Below, one piece after another: positions 1 through 9,455 of a DNA stretch of 56,422 nt. Below the pieces are notes generated by a model. The model worked only from the letters and a program-made list of their open reading frames with translations. It searched no databases and was not told where the DNA came from. The stretch covers positions 1 through 56,422 of the IMG/VR virus record IMGVR_UViG_3300032288_002536. One strand, 5' to 3'. This DNA is from a virus (lineage: Duplodnaviria; Caudoviricetes). The position numbers and the translations under genes were made by a program. Each line of letters begins with the position of its first letter. The first letter of the stretch is position 1.

Positions 1-90
1 GGTGTAGGATAATCCCAACTAGGATTTAACTTCATAATAGGTGCTTTTAATGACAATATAACTCTTAACTCTGATTACACAAGGCCTGTC

Positions 91-2070
91 ATGCCTAACG
101 TGGACAGATACTCATGGTATAAGCCGATTTGGCAGCGCTATAGCATCGATTATCTTAAAGACCAATTTCCATCTTTGGATCTGGACGATGTCTTCTTATA
201 CGCTCCGTTAAGAGATATTTTAAATGGAAAAGCAACACATGAATCATATTGGAGAAACTCCCAGATAGAGAGGATAGCACAAAAGAAATCCAGGGATCTT
301 TTTGATAATTTTGAATGGGTTATAACACTAGGAAATAGTGATCCTGACCAGGGTGTTAAAGTAACAGTAGATGGTGAGGGTGATATTATAGCTATAGGGG
401 ATTTTGATGGTACTATATTTATGGGTGAAGTTAATAATATAGGTACTCAGGACATATATCTTACAACATCTCAGCAAGGAGTTTACATAGCAAAATATAA
501 TAAAGCTGGAGTTATACAATGGGCAAGATCTGTAAACTCAACTTCTCCACAAGGACCAATATATGCTAGATCAGTAATTACTGATGCTAACGATAACATA
601 TATGTAGTTTGCGATAATAATTCTCCCGGATTTATTGAAATAAACAAATATAATTCTGACGGAGATTTATTAAATACTATAAATATACCTATTTCTCCTG
701 ATCAATTTATCGGGGATATCAAAGCAGATAAGTACGAGAATCTTTATATATGTGGTGGATTTGAAGGAAATCTAAATCTAGGAACATTCTCATTAATTTC
801 TACTGGACAAAGCTCGGGATTCCTTGCAAAAATTGATTCGTCACTAACATTTGTGTGGGCTAAGCAGTTTAGTGATCTTACATATTCTAAAGCTTATGAA
901 ATAGGAATACTTAAAGAGGAATATCTTTATTTAACAGGAGTCTTTGAAACGGAGATAAAATTGAATCCTGTAACATTAACTGGAGTTGGCAATCCTGATA
1001 TGTTCGTTGCTAAGTTTTATACTGGTGATGGAACTTGCTTATGGGCAGATAGCTTTGCTTATGATGCCTCAACATCTTTTACTAATTCATCTATATGTGT
1101 AGACCCTAAAGGACATGTATTAGTTACTGGATCATATCAAGGTACGATTGAAATAGAGGGTCAGTCACTATCATCTTTCCCAGGAACAACAGACATATTT
1201 GTTATAAAGCTTCTTTCCACAGGAAAATTAATGTGGATGAAGATGTGTGGAGGAGCATCAGGCGATACTGCTTATGATATTGAAAGTGATTCTGAAGAAA
1301 ATGTTTATATAACAGGTTCATATACATCTCCAGCATATTTCTCTCCGGAGGAAATAGAATCTAGAGGGGGAACCGATATTTATTTAACTAAATTCAATAA
1401 GGATGGAACTCTTACTGATATAGTTACTGCTGGTGGTATGAACAATGATTCTGGAGCGGATCTTGTTTTAGATGACGAGGAAAATATTTATATAACCGGA
1501 TATTTTGAAGGAGAATCCGAATTTTCCCCATATATTGTTATGTCTCCTCCAGGGGGAAGCTTAGACGCATTCCTTGGTAAAATACCAAAGCAAAGATTTA
1601 GAAGCGGATTAAAAATAGGTGATGTTCAATCTTGGTCAGGATCACACTCTTGGTCTTGGAAAGAAGAAAAGATTTATCAGAGAGAATTTGAAATTCCTAT
1701 AGCAACTACCATATTTATAAATCCTATAGATTCTCTTATCCCTGGTAAAAAAGATCATATATGGACTTTAACCGATACTGAAAATGGTGATGTAATAGTT
1801 AAGATAAGAAAAACCCCTTATTTTATATGGACATTTGTTAATCCTGGATTCTATACCATAACATGTCAGTTACAGGACGCTAATGGAAATTTATACGAAA
1901 CTGAGCATAAAGGAAAAATAAGAGTGATAGACCACAAAACACCTTTTGCTGGGGATCTTATACCTGATGTAGTTAACCCGGAAGATTATCTACTCAGATC
2001 TATCTACTATGATAGAAAACAGCTAGGATTTCCCCCTTTATCTAGATTTGATTTAGATCAAGGAATTTAA
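91..2070 (+). CDS. Beta-propeller (SBBP-like repeat) protein with C-terminal PKD/Ig-like domain, probable virion protein; true start uncertain at window edge
   Basis: Repeated blades such as DSEENVYITGSY, DDEENIYITGYF, DPKGHVLVTGSY, DIFVIKL and DIYLTKF; C-terminal WTFVNPGFYTITCQLQD is PKD-like. Confidence 0.7.
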   Translation: MPNVDRYSWYKPIWQRYSIDYLKDQFPSLDLDDVFLYAPLRDILNGKATHESYWRNSQIERIAQKKSRDLFDNFEWVITLGNSDPDQGVKVTVDGEGDIIAIGDFDGTIFMGEVNNIGTQDIYLTTSQQGVYIAKYNKAGVIQWARSVNSTSPQGPIYARSVITDANDNIYVVCDNNSPGFIEINKYNSDGDLLNTINIPISPDQFIGDIKADKYENLYICGGFEGNLNLGTFSLISTGQSSGFLAKIDSSLTFVWAKQFSDLTYSKAYEIGILKEEYLYLTGVFETEIKLNPVTLTGVGNPDMFVAKFYTGDGTCLWADSFAYDASTSFTNSSICVDPKGHVLVTGSYQGTIEIEGQSLSSFPGTTDIFVIKLLSTGKLMWMKMCGGASGDTAYDIESDSEENVYITGSYTSPAYFSPEEIESRGGTDIYLTKFNKDGTLTDIVTAGGMNNDSGADLVLDDEENIYITGYFEGESEFSPYIVMSPPGGSLDAFLGKIPKQRFRSGLKIGDVQSWSGSHSWSWKEEKIYQREFEIPIATTIFINPIDSLIPGKKDHIWTLTDTENGDVIVKIRKTPYFIWTFVNPGFYTITCQLQDANGNLYETEHKGKIRVIDHKTPFAGDLIPDVVNPEDYLLRSIYYDRKQLGFPPLSRFDLDQGI

Positions 2071-2738
2071 GTAGTGTATTCCCTGTAAACATCAAGGATA
2101 TCAGGAACTATAGGATGTCTGTGGTTTTTCTTTAATGTGATAACCTTAACACCGTCTACTCTAGCAGCTATAGTATTTAAAAAATCAAGTCCTGATTCTT
2201 TTTTGTTCTTAAGGTCTATCTGAGAAGTATCCCCACATATCATTAATTTAGAACCAACTCCTAATCTACCTAAAACCATTTCCATTTGATTCATAGTTAC
2301 GTTTTGAGCCTCGTCTACTATAACACAAGAATTAACTAATGTTCTACCTCTCATGAACGGAAATGGAAGGATTTCTATTATACCTTCATTAAGAAGCTTC
2401 TCCACTTTGTCTTTGTCGTAGATCATTTCAAGATTAGCATAAATAGGAGCTAACCATGGATCCATCTTTTCCCTAAGATCTCCAGGAAGGAACCCTATAT
2501 CTTCCTTAGCTACAGTTGGTCTAGTGATAACTATCCTTTCTATTTCCCTGTTGAATAGCATATCTAAAGCTATCTGAACAGCTAATAATGTTTTACCAGA
2601 ACCCGCAGCACCTTTAAGAACACTTACTGGGGTTTCCAGTATCAGATTCTTAGCTTCTTTTTGCTCTTCATTTAAGGTGATTTTAAATTTGATAGGATTC
2701 TTTGGTTTTCTTTTCTGTGTCCAATTGGTTCCTGTCAT
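2067..2738 (-). CDS. phoH: PhoH-family ATPase (start set to ATG 2738; ORF track starts at 2771)
   Basis: GAAGSGKTLLA Walker A, RIVITRP, DIGFLPGDL.EK..PW, FMRGRT, IVDEAQN, GD..QIDL, RHPIV; A-rich leader before ATG 2738. Confidence 0.95.
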   Translation of the reverse strand: MTGTNWTQKRKPKNPIKFKITLNEEQKEAKNLILETPVSVLKGAAGSGKTLLAVQIALDMLFNREIERIVITRPTVAKEDIGFLPGDLREKMDPWLAPIYANLEMIYDKDKVEKLLNEGIIEILPFPFMRGRTLVNSCVIVDEAQNVTMNQMEMVLGRLGVGSKLMICGDTSQIDLKNKKESGLDFLNTIAARVDGVKVITLKKNHRHPIVPDILDVYREYTT

Positions 2739-2755
2739 AAGATTTTTTTTATTTT

Positions 2756-2778
2756 GAGAAACATATCTCATGTTTCTC
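2756..2778. promoter_or_regulatory. Perfect 9-bp inverted repeat GAGAAACAT-N5-ATGTTTCTC in the divergent phoH / structural-operon gap
   Basis: Read directly; contains GAAAC on both strands. Confidence 0.55.
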
Positions 2779-2822
2779 GGTTTAATAAATACACGTATCT
2801 TTTCTTAAACGAATAGATACAG

Positions 2823-2830
2823 GATATATA
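2823..2830 (+). promoter_or_regulatory. Putative late promoter GATATATA
   Basis: Recurrent intergenic motif; heads the structural gene block. Confidence 0.65.
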
Positions 2831-2849
2831 TCAAAAAAAGAAAAATCAA

Positions 2850-3767
2850 ATGGCAATTACAATTACTGAAATTCTTGGAACTGACTCTATTTCAGGATCA
2901 AGATTAACTATTAATGCTAACTTTTTGCTTCTTGAAAATGCCTATAACGATCTAGAAGACACATTTAACATAAATGTCTTAACAGGGTCAATGGACGTTT
3001 CCACCGCATCTAGTGGTCAAATAAAATCTAAATCCTTACTTACAAATAGTTTGGTGATGCCTTCTTCAGGTTCTCCTACTATTCAAATATACGGAACAGG
3101 AGCTAGTGGAGGTTCAGTAATAGCTACTAATACTATTGCAGGACCTACTGGAATTTTTTCAAATGTACTTCAAGCAAATGCTCTTTCAACCTCTGGAGCA
3201 GCTAATTTTGGAGCTACTGCTACTTTCCAGAGTGTTGTTAATATTGAAGGAAGAGTATCTATAGGAGCTTCTGGTAATTTTGTTAACACTAATAGAAAGG
3301 CTACAGTTGGATCTACTACGGCATTTCCTTCTGCACCAGGTGCTGGTGTTACCGGAACTTATTCTACTCCTTATCAATTAACATTAACTGAAAATGTCAT
3401 CTATATACAATCTGATTATGTTTCGACTGCACCTGCAGATACTGCAAACGCTACAGGATTTTTCTTTTATGCAACAACCGGTTCTGGAGCAAGTGCTTCT
3501 GATATCCCTGCGGGTTACACAGTAACACTAATCGATTCTGCAACAACTGCAGGTTTAATTGCTACTGGTGTTACAGGACCTTCTCCTTATTATTATACGG
3601 GATTCTCCACTGGGGATGCTTCATACAGTGATCCTTCTATTCAAACACCAGGAAACCCTTATAAGTCTTCATTAACTCTTATATGGGAACCTAGAATAGA
3701 TCAATCTGCAGGTACTCAAAAAGGATCATGGGTGGTAGTAACAGACACTCAAGGATTCACATACTAA
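2850..3767 (+). CDS. Virion structural / fibre-connector-like protein
   Basis: N-terminal GTDSISGSRLTINANF resembles the T4 gp9/gp10-type N-terminal GD..(K)IN.NF motif; G/S/T-rich. Confidence 0.5.
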   Translation: MAITITEILGTDSISGSRLTINANFLLLENAYNDLEDTFNINVLTGSMDVSTASSGQIKSKSLLTNSLVMPSSGSPTIQIYGTGASGGSVIATNTIAGPTGIFSNVLQANALSTSGAANFGATATFQSVVNIEGRVSIGASGNFVNTNRKATVGSTTAFPSAPGAGVTGTYSTPYQLTLTENVIYIQSDYVSTAPADTANATGFFFYATTGSGASASDIPAGYTVTLIDSATTAGLIATGVTGPSPYYYTGFSTGDASYSDPSIQTPGNPYKSSLTLIWEPRIDQSAGTQKGSWVVVTDTQGFTY

Positions 3768-3781
3768 TTAAGTATTTATAA

Positions 3782-5965
3782 ATGGCAAAGACACCTTATA
3801 TAAGACCCATAGCAGTTCAGGGAGGTACTTTTTATACCTTCTCTTCTGCTGCAGAGGATCTATCTCTAACTTTCAATAACTCACTAAAGAAGTTTTCTTT
3901 TTCGAAGTATGCTTTATTGAAATTACCAGAGTTTGGAACTCCTACATACGGAGAAAATACTTTGCAATTTAATTCAATAGATACAACCTTTTTAGATGCC
4001 GCTGATGGTAATTTTATTCTTACAAATCCAAATAATCTTAGTCCATCTCCTGAGGTATCATTTCAGAATTACTGTTTAAATTTAGAAGCAACTGTTATAT
4101 CTGATCCTAATTACAATCCAGAATTAAAAAGAAATGTATCCGAAAGGATATTTTGGAAATGGGTAAAAGAATTAGGAGGGGTAAGATATAGAGCTGCTAA
4201 TACAAATGAAGTTGTTGCATCGCTAAACCAAACAACTACAACAACAAAGGATGGATATCCTTATTCAGATAAAAGATGGGTAGAGGAAGATACTCTTTTA
4301 ACAGGAAACGGAACACCTAATCCAAGATACGAGAGAATAGTTCAATATATTGGTGATATAGATGTTGTAAACTCTGTTCAGAACACTCAAAATGCTTATT
4401 CTGAGGTTTATATACACATTCCTACTGGAGACGGAGGAACGCCATATGTTCTTTTTAAGACAGTAGCAGACGAAAATTATTATCCAGATAGAACATGGAC
4501 ACATTTACCCTCAGATCCTACAGATACTGAGTATTTGCAGGGAAGGGATTCAGCATCTGGATTATACGGACCTAATGGATTACCCAAACTTGCTATTTTT
4601 GATCAAGACGTTTTAGGAGATCCAGGAGTAAGTGGATCTTCCGCAACAGGATCTTTTTCAAACAATTGGTATTCCCCAAGAGATGAGGCAAATTCTTATT
4701 TTACCGACCCAACATTCTTTGATAACTCTAATTACACTTTACAAAAGTATGTAGCTGCTTCTGGACCAGCATCATATTCAGTTACTTATAAAAGAAGTAA
4801 TCTGGATGGGGTTCAGATAGATTTCGATCCAGCTTCTTATAAAGCTATACAAAATTATGTGGGTATATCTACTATAGAAGAGTGGAACGGTACACCTACA
4901 ACTACTTCTTTTGAATTTAATGCTGTATTGGTTTATTACGATGTATACGATCCGAATAATCCTACAGATTCAGAGACTAATCTATATGGGATTTTATTCT
5001 TAAATGATCCTGAGCCAGTTTCAACTAATGCTGCTAAGTTACCTTCTTTTAAGAAATTTAAGCCAGATCCTATAACCAAACTAAATGGTAATTCATACGG
5101 ATTTAAGATAAACCTTAAATTTGATACTGACGTAGAAAGCACAGGAGTAGAGCAAGCAATAAACGATTATTCTTCGTTCTCTCTTTCTATATTTATGGAT
5201 GCTGCTACTGTTTTACAAGATGCTGCTAAAAATCTTAATGATAGAACTCTGCAGATAGCTAGCATGCAGCAAGATATTGCTGATCTTAAGGATCTTGTAA
5301 TAAACACTGATGACAGTTCAGAAATAAAAGCTAGATTAGATGTAGTAGAGTCTTCATTACAAGCTAACCAGGCTTTATTTAATAATACACAGGACATACT
5401 AAGTCTGATAGAGAAAAACAGTGACGATATAGAAAATATCCTTCAGAATCAGACATCTATTAACATGTCATACAATTTGGACTTGTTAAAAGACGGAAAC
5501 GGAACATCTGTAGACAGAAGCATACCTAACATATTAAAAGTAAACGTAACGCAGCAAGACTACAATATAGGTAATAGTTCTTTATTTACTATAAATCCTG
5601 TTGCTGGTAACACTGTTCCTCTCTCATTGTATACTAATTATTTAAAACACAAAAACAACGGAGTAAGCATTACTGCTACTAATGATGTTGTAATAAGAAT
5701 AGATGATAGCATAAACAAATGGCAAAAAGGACAGGTTTTAAGATTTGTTATAGGTGACGAAATAGATCTAGGTAATTATTCTTTAGTTATACTTACTGAT
5801 GCACTGGGCGAATATCCTAAAGCTAATCCTTCAGGAGTTCCTTATTCTTCTGTTATTGCTGGATTTATAAATATACAATTCTCTGGATCTGGATACAAGC
5901 CAATATTTGATATAGTCTGTGTTGACGAAAAGAACTTAATATTTGAATTGGATCAAATAAAATAA
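3782..5965 (+). CDS. Putative virion structural protein with coiled-coil segment
   Basis: 727-aa ORF in structural operon; heptad region DAAKNLNDRTLQIASMQQDIADLKDL. Confidence 0.5.
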   Translation: MAKTPYIRPIAVQGGTFYTFSSAAEDLSLTFNNSLKKFSFSKYALLKLPEFGTPTYGENTLQFNSIDTTFLDAADGNFILTNPNNLSPSPEVSFQNYCLNLEATVISDPNYNPELKRNVSERIFWKWVKELGGVRYRAANTNEVVASLNQTTTTTKDGYPYSDKRWVEEDTLLTGNGTPNPRYERIVQYIGDIDVVNSVQNTQNAYSEVYIHIPTGDGGTPYVLFKTVADENYYPDRTWTHLPSDPTDTEYLQGRDSASGLYGPNGLPKLAIFDQDVLGDPGVSGSSATGSFSNNWYSPRDEANSYFTDPTFFDNSNYTLQKYVAASGPASYSVTYKRSNLDGVQIDFDPASYKAIQNYVGISTIEEWNGTPTTTSFEFNAVLVYYDVYDPNNPTDSETNLYGILFLNDPEPVSTNAAKLPSFKKFKPDPITKLNGNSYGFKINLKFDTDVESTGVEQAINDYSSFSLSIFMDAATVLQDAAKNLNDRTLQIASMQQDIADLKDLVINTDDSSEIKARLDVVESSLQANQALFNNTQDILSLIEKNSDDIENILQNQTSINMSYNLDLLKDGNGTSVDRSIPNILKVNVTQQDYNIGNSSLFTINPVAGNTVPLSLYTNYLKHKNNGVSITATNDVVIRIDDSINKWQKGQVLRFVIGDEIDLGNYSLVILTDALGEYPKANPSGVPYSSVIAGFINIQFSGSGYKPIFDIVCVDEKNLIFELDQIK

Positions 5966-5969
5966 AAAA

Positions 5970-8900
5970 ATGTCGAATACTAAAAATTCATTCTCATCTC
6001 TGATAGCTCAGTTCCTTAGACTTCAAAAGAACTCTCTGGAAATTATAAACAAACTAAATGATGTTACAACATCTCCTAATGATTCTGTAGAGATAGAATT
6101 TTTAAAAGATGATAATACTTCGGAAAATATACAGGTTCCGTCTTTTGGTTTTTTAAAATCCGAGATTAGCAGATTAGACGAGAATATAAAAGCTTTATCT
6201 GGTCTTGAAGATAATAGGGCTAATATTAGAAATGCTGATGGAACAGTTGCTAAAATATATCAGGCAACAATATTAAAAGATCCATCATCTCCTTCAAGTC
6301 TTCAAGTTCCTTCAACATTCCAAGCAAGAAATAATTGGTTCTTTGAGTCTTTTTTAAATCCATTGCTTTATATTGAAATAGACGTTGAAAATCAGATACC
6401 AGCAAATTCAGAGAACGTTTACGTTAAAAGAATAATAGCTAATACACAATCTGATGTTCAAAAGCAGTATTTTGATAATAATCTAAAGGGGAGAAACGAT
6501 ATCACAGATTCTGATTTTATAGCATCTCTAGAAAGTCAAGGAATACAATATTTTGTAGATGAGCAGATAAACAATTTAGATCTAAGAACTATAAGATATA
6601 CAGGATCATTTGGAGTTCTTAGAATATTTGACGAGGAGGTACAAACCACAGAAAATGGTATAACCACTACAACTACTGTTAGAAAGTATAAGCTAAATGG
6701 AATATCTTATAGTGATAATCTTGCAGATACAACTAACTCTAGAACTCTAGCTAAAGGAGATCTTTTAATAACCCCGGGTTCAACTAAGTATGAGATATCT
6801 TCTATAGATGTAAGCAACCAAACTGTTGTATTAAAAAGAATATTTGGATTTGAACCAATACAGATAGGAAGTACTTCATTAACAATCTATTCCAACGTAC
6901 TTTCAAATAGACAGGTAGAGGTAAATGTTGGATTTGATGAAAGACAAGCTGTTTTTATTAAATCCATCGACGGAGATTTTAATGTTGCTTCTAGTAAATA
7001 TAGTCCAGGTATTTGTTTCTGGTCTAACGAACTACAGATAAACACTTCAGATGGTGTTAAAACTTTAGAATCTTTCTATAATTCTCAGGTGTCTGATTTT
7101 GGTAAAATATTTATAGCATCTGCCAAGGAGAATACAATACCTGCAGTTTATGGACAGACCCCTTCTGCTCCCGTTGTTTCTGCTACTAATTTTAAAGTTG
7201 TAAAAGTTAATGCTCAAGTAACTGATTCTAAGGAGAGTACAAATTTTAAGGATAAAATAAAAATCAAGACAACCCTTAAAAATGAAATAGACTCAATAGA
7301 TAGAGCGATAGATCAAACTAGAAAACAACTATCAGAGCTAACAACTACATCTAGTGCAAAAATACCTACTGCAGAATTTAAGAAGCTTAACGATAAAATA
7401 TCTACCTTAACTAAAGATAAAGGAACAAAAACGGATCTTCTATCGACAACAATAAGCGATATAAACAATCTTGTTATAGCTACCCCAGAAATCACAGAAG
7501 CTCCTAAATATAGAGTAAGAGGATTTTGGCCTATACCTGAACCAATATTTGATCCTAAAACCGGAGATCAGAACATTATACAATTTAATATAAGGTACCG
7601 ATATCTTTCAATGACTGGTAATCCTAATGGAACAGATCAAATAGATTATGTAGATAATAACGGGGTAGCAAAAGCTGGTCAGTTCAGTAACTGGGTTCAA
7701 TTTAAAAGCGATTTAAGAAAGAAAGTATACGATACTAATACTGGAACATATATTTGGCAAATTGAGGACGTTAGCGATGCTAATACTGTAAATATAAACC
7801 AGTTAGATATAGCTATAACAAAAGGAGAAAAGGTTGAAATACAGGTTCAGTCTATTTCAGAAGCCGGATGGCCAAGCAATGCTTTAACTTCTGACTGGTC
7901 TACATCAGCTATAGTTGAATTCCCACCTGATCTGGTTGTATCTGTGGATAATTCATCATTTGTTGCACAGAATAGTACTGATAGTGCAGTAGTTAAGGTT
8001 CAGGAAGATCTACAAGCTAAGGGATTAGACCAACATTTATCTACACAATTTACATCTGGGGATAAATTTTATGCTCACAATTCTTCAGTTATTGCATCGG
8101 GATTCTTCGACGCATCTGGTAAGGCATTAGATCTTTTCCAGAAATTAACACAGATAGACAACGAATTACAATCTCTTAGAGCTCTTATTGCTAAAGCTAA
8201 AGGAACCCTTGGAGTTTATATTAGGTCAGGTAACACATCAAACAAGATTAATAACGGAAGTACGGTTAATCTTTTTGCAGGATACTACGATGATCTAATT
8301 GATCTTTCTAACACTAGCAACAAAGGAAAAATAGCTACTGTTATTTATTATTTAGAACTAAAGAACGAAGCAGCAACCCCTCTAGAATTATCATCACTTA
8401 TACCTGGAGGACAAGGAGTTAAAGCACCTAACTCTATAGCAGGACAGGCTGATTATAATAATAATAGAAAATATGGAGATACACCTATTCAACTATCTGG
8501 TATAGTTGATGCGAATGTTAATGTATCCACTCCTGGAGCATTTATACAATCCCCTGGTTATCAGAGTGCTAACGCGTATTCTCAGTTTGTATATAACAGA
8601 TACAAAAGTGTGGGATTAGACGAGGATCTTTATTTTACCCCTCCAACTTCACTATCGTGGAATATTAGCAATGGTACTTCAGGATTACCTATAAATAATG
8701 ATGGTATAATAATGCCGTTCGATCCACCAACATCTCCTTCGGGTGCGGGTGCTAATTCAAATGTATGGAGTGGAACATATACAGGGTCAACTCCAGATGG
8801 TAACGGTAATCTTAATGAATTTTGTGTTCATGTATCTCACCCTGATATAAATGATGGATCTGTATCTAACTTTACTTCGTTAGTTAGACCTTCAGTTTTG

Positions 8901-9452
8901 CCTTCTGGTCCAATGAATTATCCTTCTTTTAGACACGCTTTAGGATTTGAGACAGATACAAACATAACTTCATCTATAACTAGTTCACAAACATCATCTT
9001 CTCAGCAACTAGAATACTATCCAGGAAATTCTGGATCTGCTTTTGGTACAGACGATAATGCCTATCCTAATAAATTAGGCTTTGTTGAATATGACGAATT
9101 CCTATGTGGTAAGTACTCTTGCGGATCTTATCTTTTTCTTGCACCAACTAATCACACGGCCGTACAAATAGAAGGATCTACACAGTTAGCCAAAAAGACC
9201 TTAGATTTCGGGGAAGAGAACGCGATAACAGTTCCGCTAGTATTCCAGTTTAGAGCTCAAGATAAACTTGGGTATGTTGGAGGTTGGAGATCTGCAGGTA
9301 ACCTTAAGAATATTACCTATACTAAGAAAATAGGAATAGATATACAGGTAAAGAATGAAGATCTTTTCTCTTTCGATGTTCTTGTAACAGGAAGCTACAC
9401 TAAGACTTCATTAGTTTCACCTGCTTATTCACAAAGTAAGAAAACTATTTAA
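5970..9452 (+). CDS. Large putative virion/baseplate protein
   Basis: 1160-aa ORF, beta-rich with internal coiled coils, tightly coupled to its neighbours. Confidence 0.5.
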   Translation: MSNTKNSFSSLIAQFLRLQKNSLEIINKLNDVTTSPNDSVEIEFLKDDNTSENIQVPSFGFLKSEISRLDENIKALSGLEDNRANIRNADGTVAKIYQATILKDPSSPSSLQVPSTFQARNNWFFESFLNPLLYIEIDVENQIPANSENVYVKRIIANTQSDVQKQYFDNNLKGRNDITDSDFIASLESQGIQYFVDEQINNLDLRTIRYTGSFGVLRIFDEEVQTTENGITTTTTVRKYKLNGISYSDNLADTTNSRTLAKGDLLITPGSTKYEISSIDVSNQTVVLKRIFGFEPIQIGSTSLTIYSNVLSNRQVEVNVGFDERQAVFIKSIDGDFNVASSKYSPGICFWSNELQINTSDGVKTLESFYNSQVSDFGKIFIASAKENTIPAVYGQTPSAPVVSATNFKVVKVNAQVTDSKESTNFKDKIKIKTTLKNEIDSIDRAIDQTRKQLSELTTTSSAKIPTAEFKKLNDKISTLTKDKGTKTDLLSTTISDINNLVIATPEITEAPKYRVRGFWPIPEPIFDPKTGDQNIIQFNIRYRYLSMTGNPNGTDQIDYVDNNGVAKAGQFSNWVQFKSDLRKKVYDTNTGTYIWQIEDVSDANTVNINQLDIAITKGEKVEIQVQSISEAGWPSNALTSDWSTSAIVEFPPDLVVSVDNSSFVAQNSTDSAVVKVQEDLQAKGLDQHLSTQFTSGDKFYAHNSSVIASGFFDASGKALDLFQKLTQIDNELQSLRALIAKAKGTLGVYIRSGNTSNKINNGSTVNLFAGYYDDLIDLSNTSNKGKIATVIYYLELKNEAATPLELSSLIPGGQGVKAPNSIAGQADYNNNRKYGDTPIQLSGIVDANVNVSTPGAFIQSPGYQSANAYSQFVYNRYKSVGLDEDLYFTPPTSLSWNISNGTSGLPINNDGIIMPFDPPTSPSGAGANSNVWSGTYTGSTPDGNGNLNEFCVHVSHPDINDGSVSNFTSLVRPSVLPSGPMNYPSFRHALGFETDTNITSSITSSQTSSSQQLEYYPGNSGSAFGTDDNAYPNKLGFVEYDEFLCGKYSCGSYLFLAPTNHTAVQIEGSTQLAKKTLDFGEENAITVPLVFQFRAQDKLGYVGGWRSAGNLKNITYTKKIGIDIQVKNEDLFSFDVLVTGSYTKTSLVSPAYSQSKKTI

Positions 9453-9455
9453 TAA

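Noticed and set aside
1-90. Open frame upstream of ATG 91 interrupted by a TAA at 10-12, suggesting recoding or a longer gene
   Set aside because: Only one instance at the window edge. TAA, TAG and TGA all terminate conserved genes correctly elsewhere, so there is no support for an alternative genetic code. It cannot be resolved without upstream sequence.
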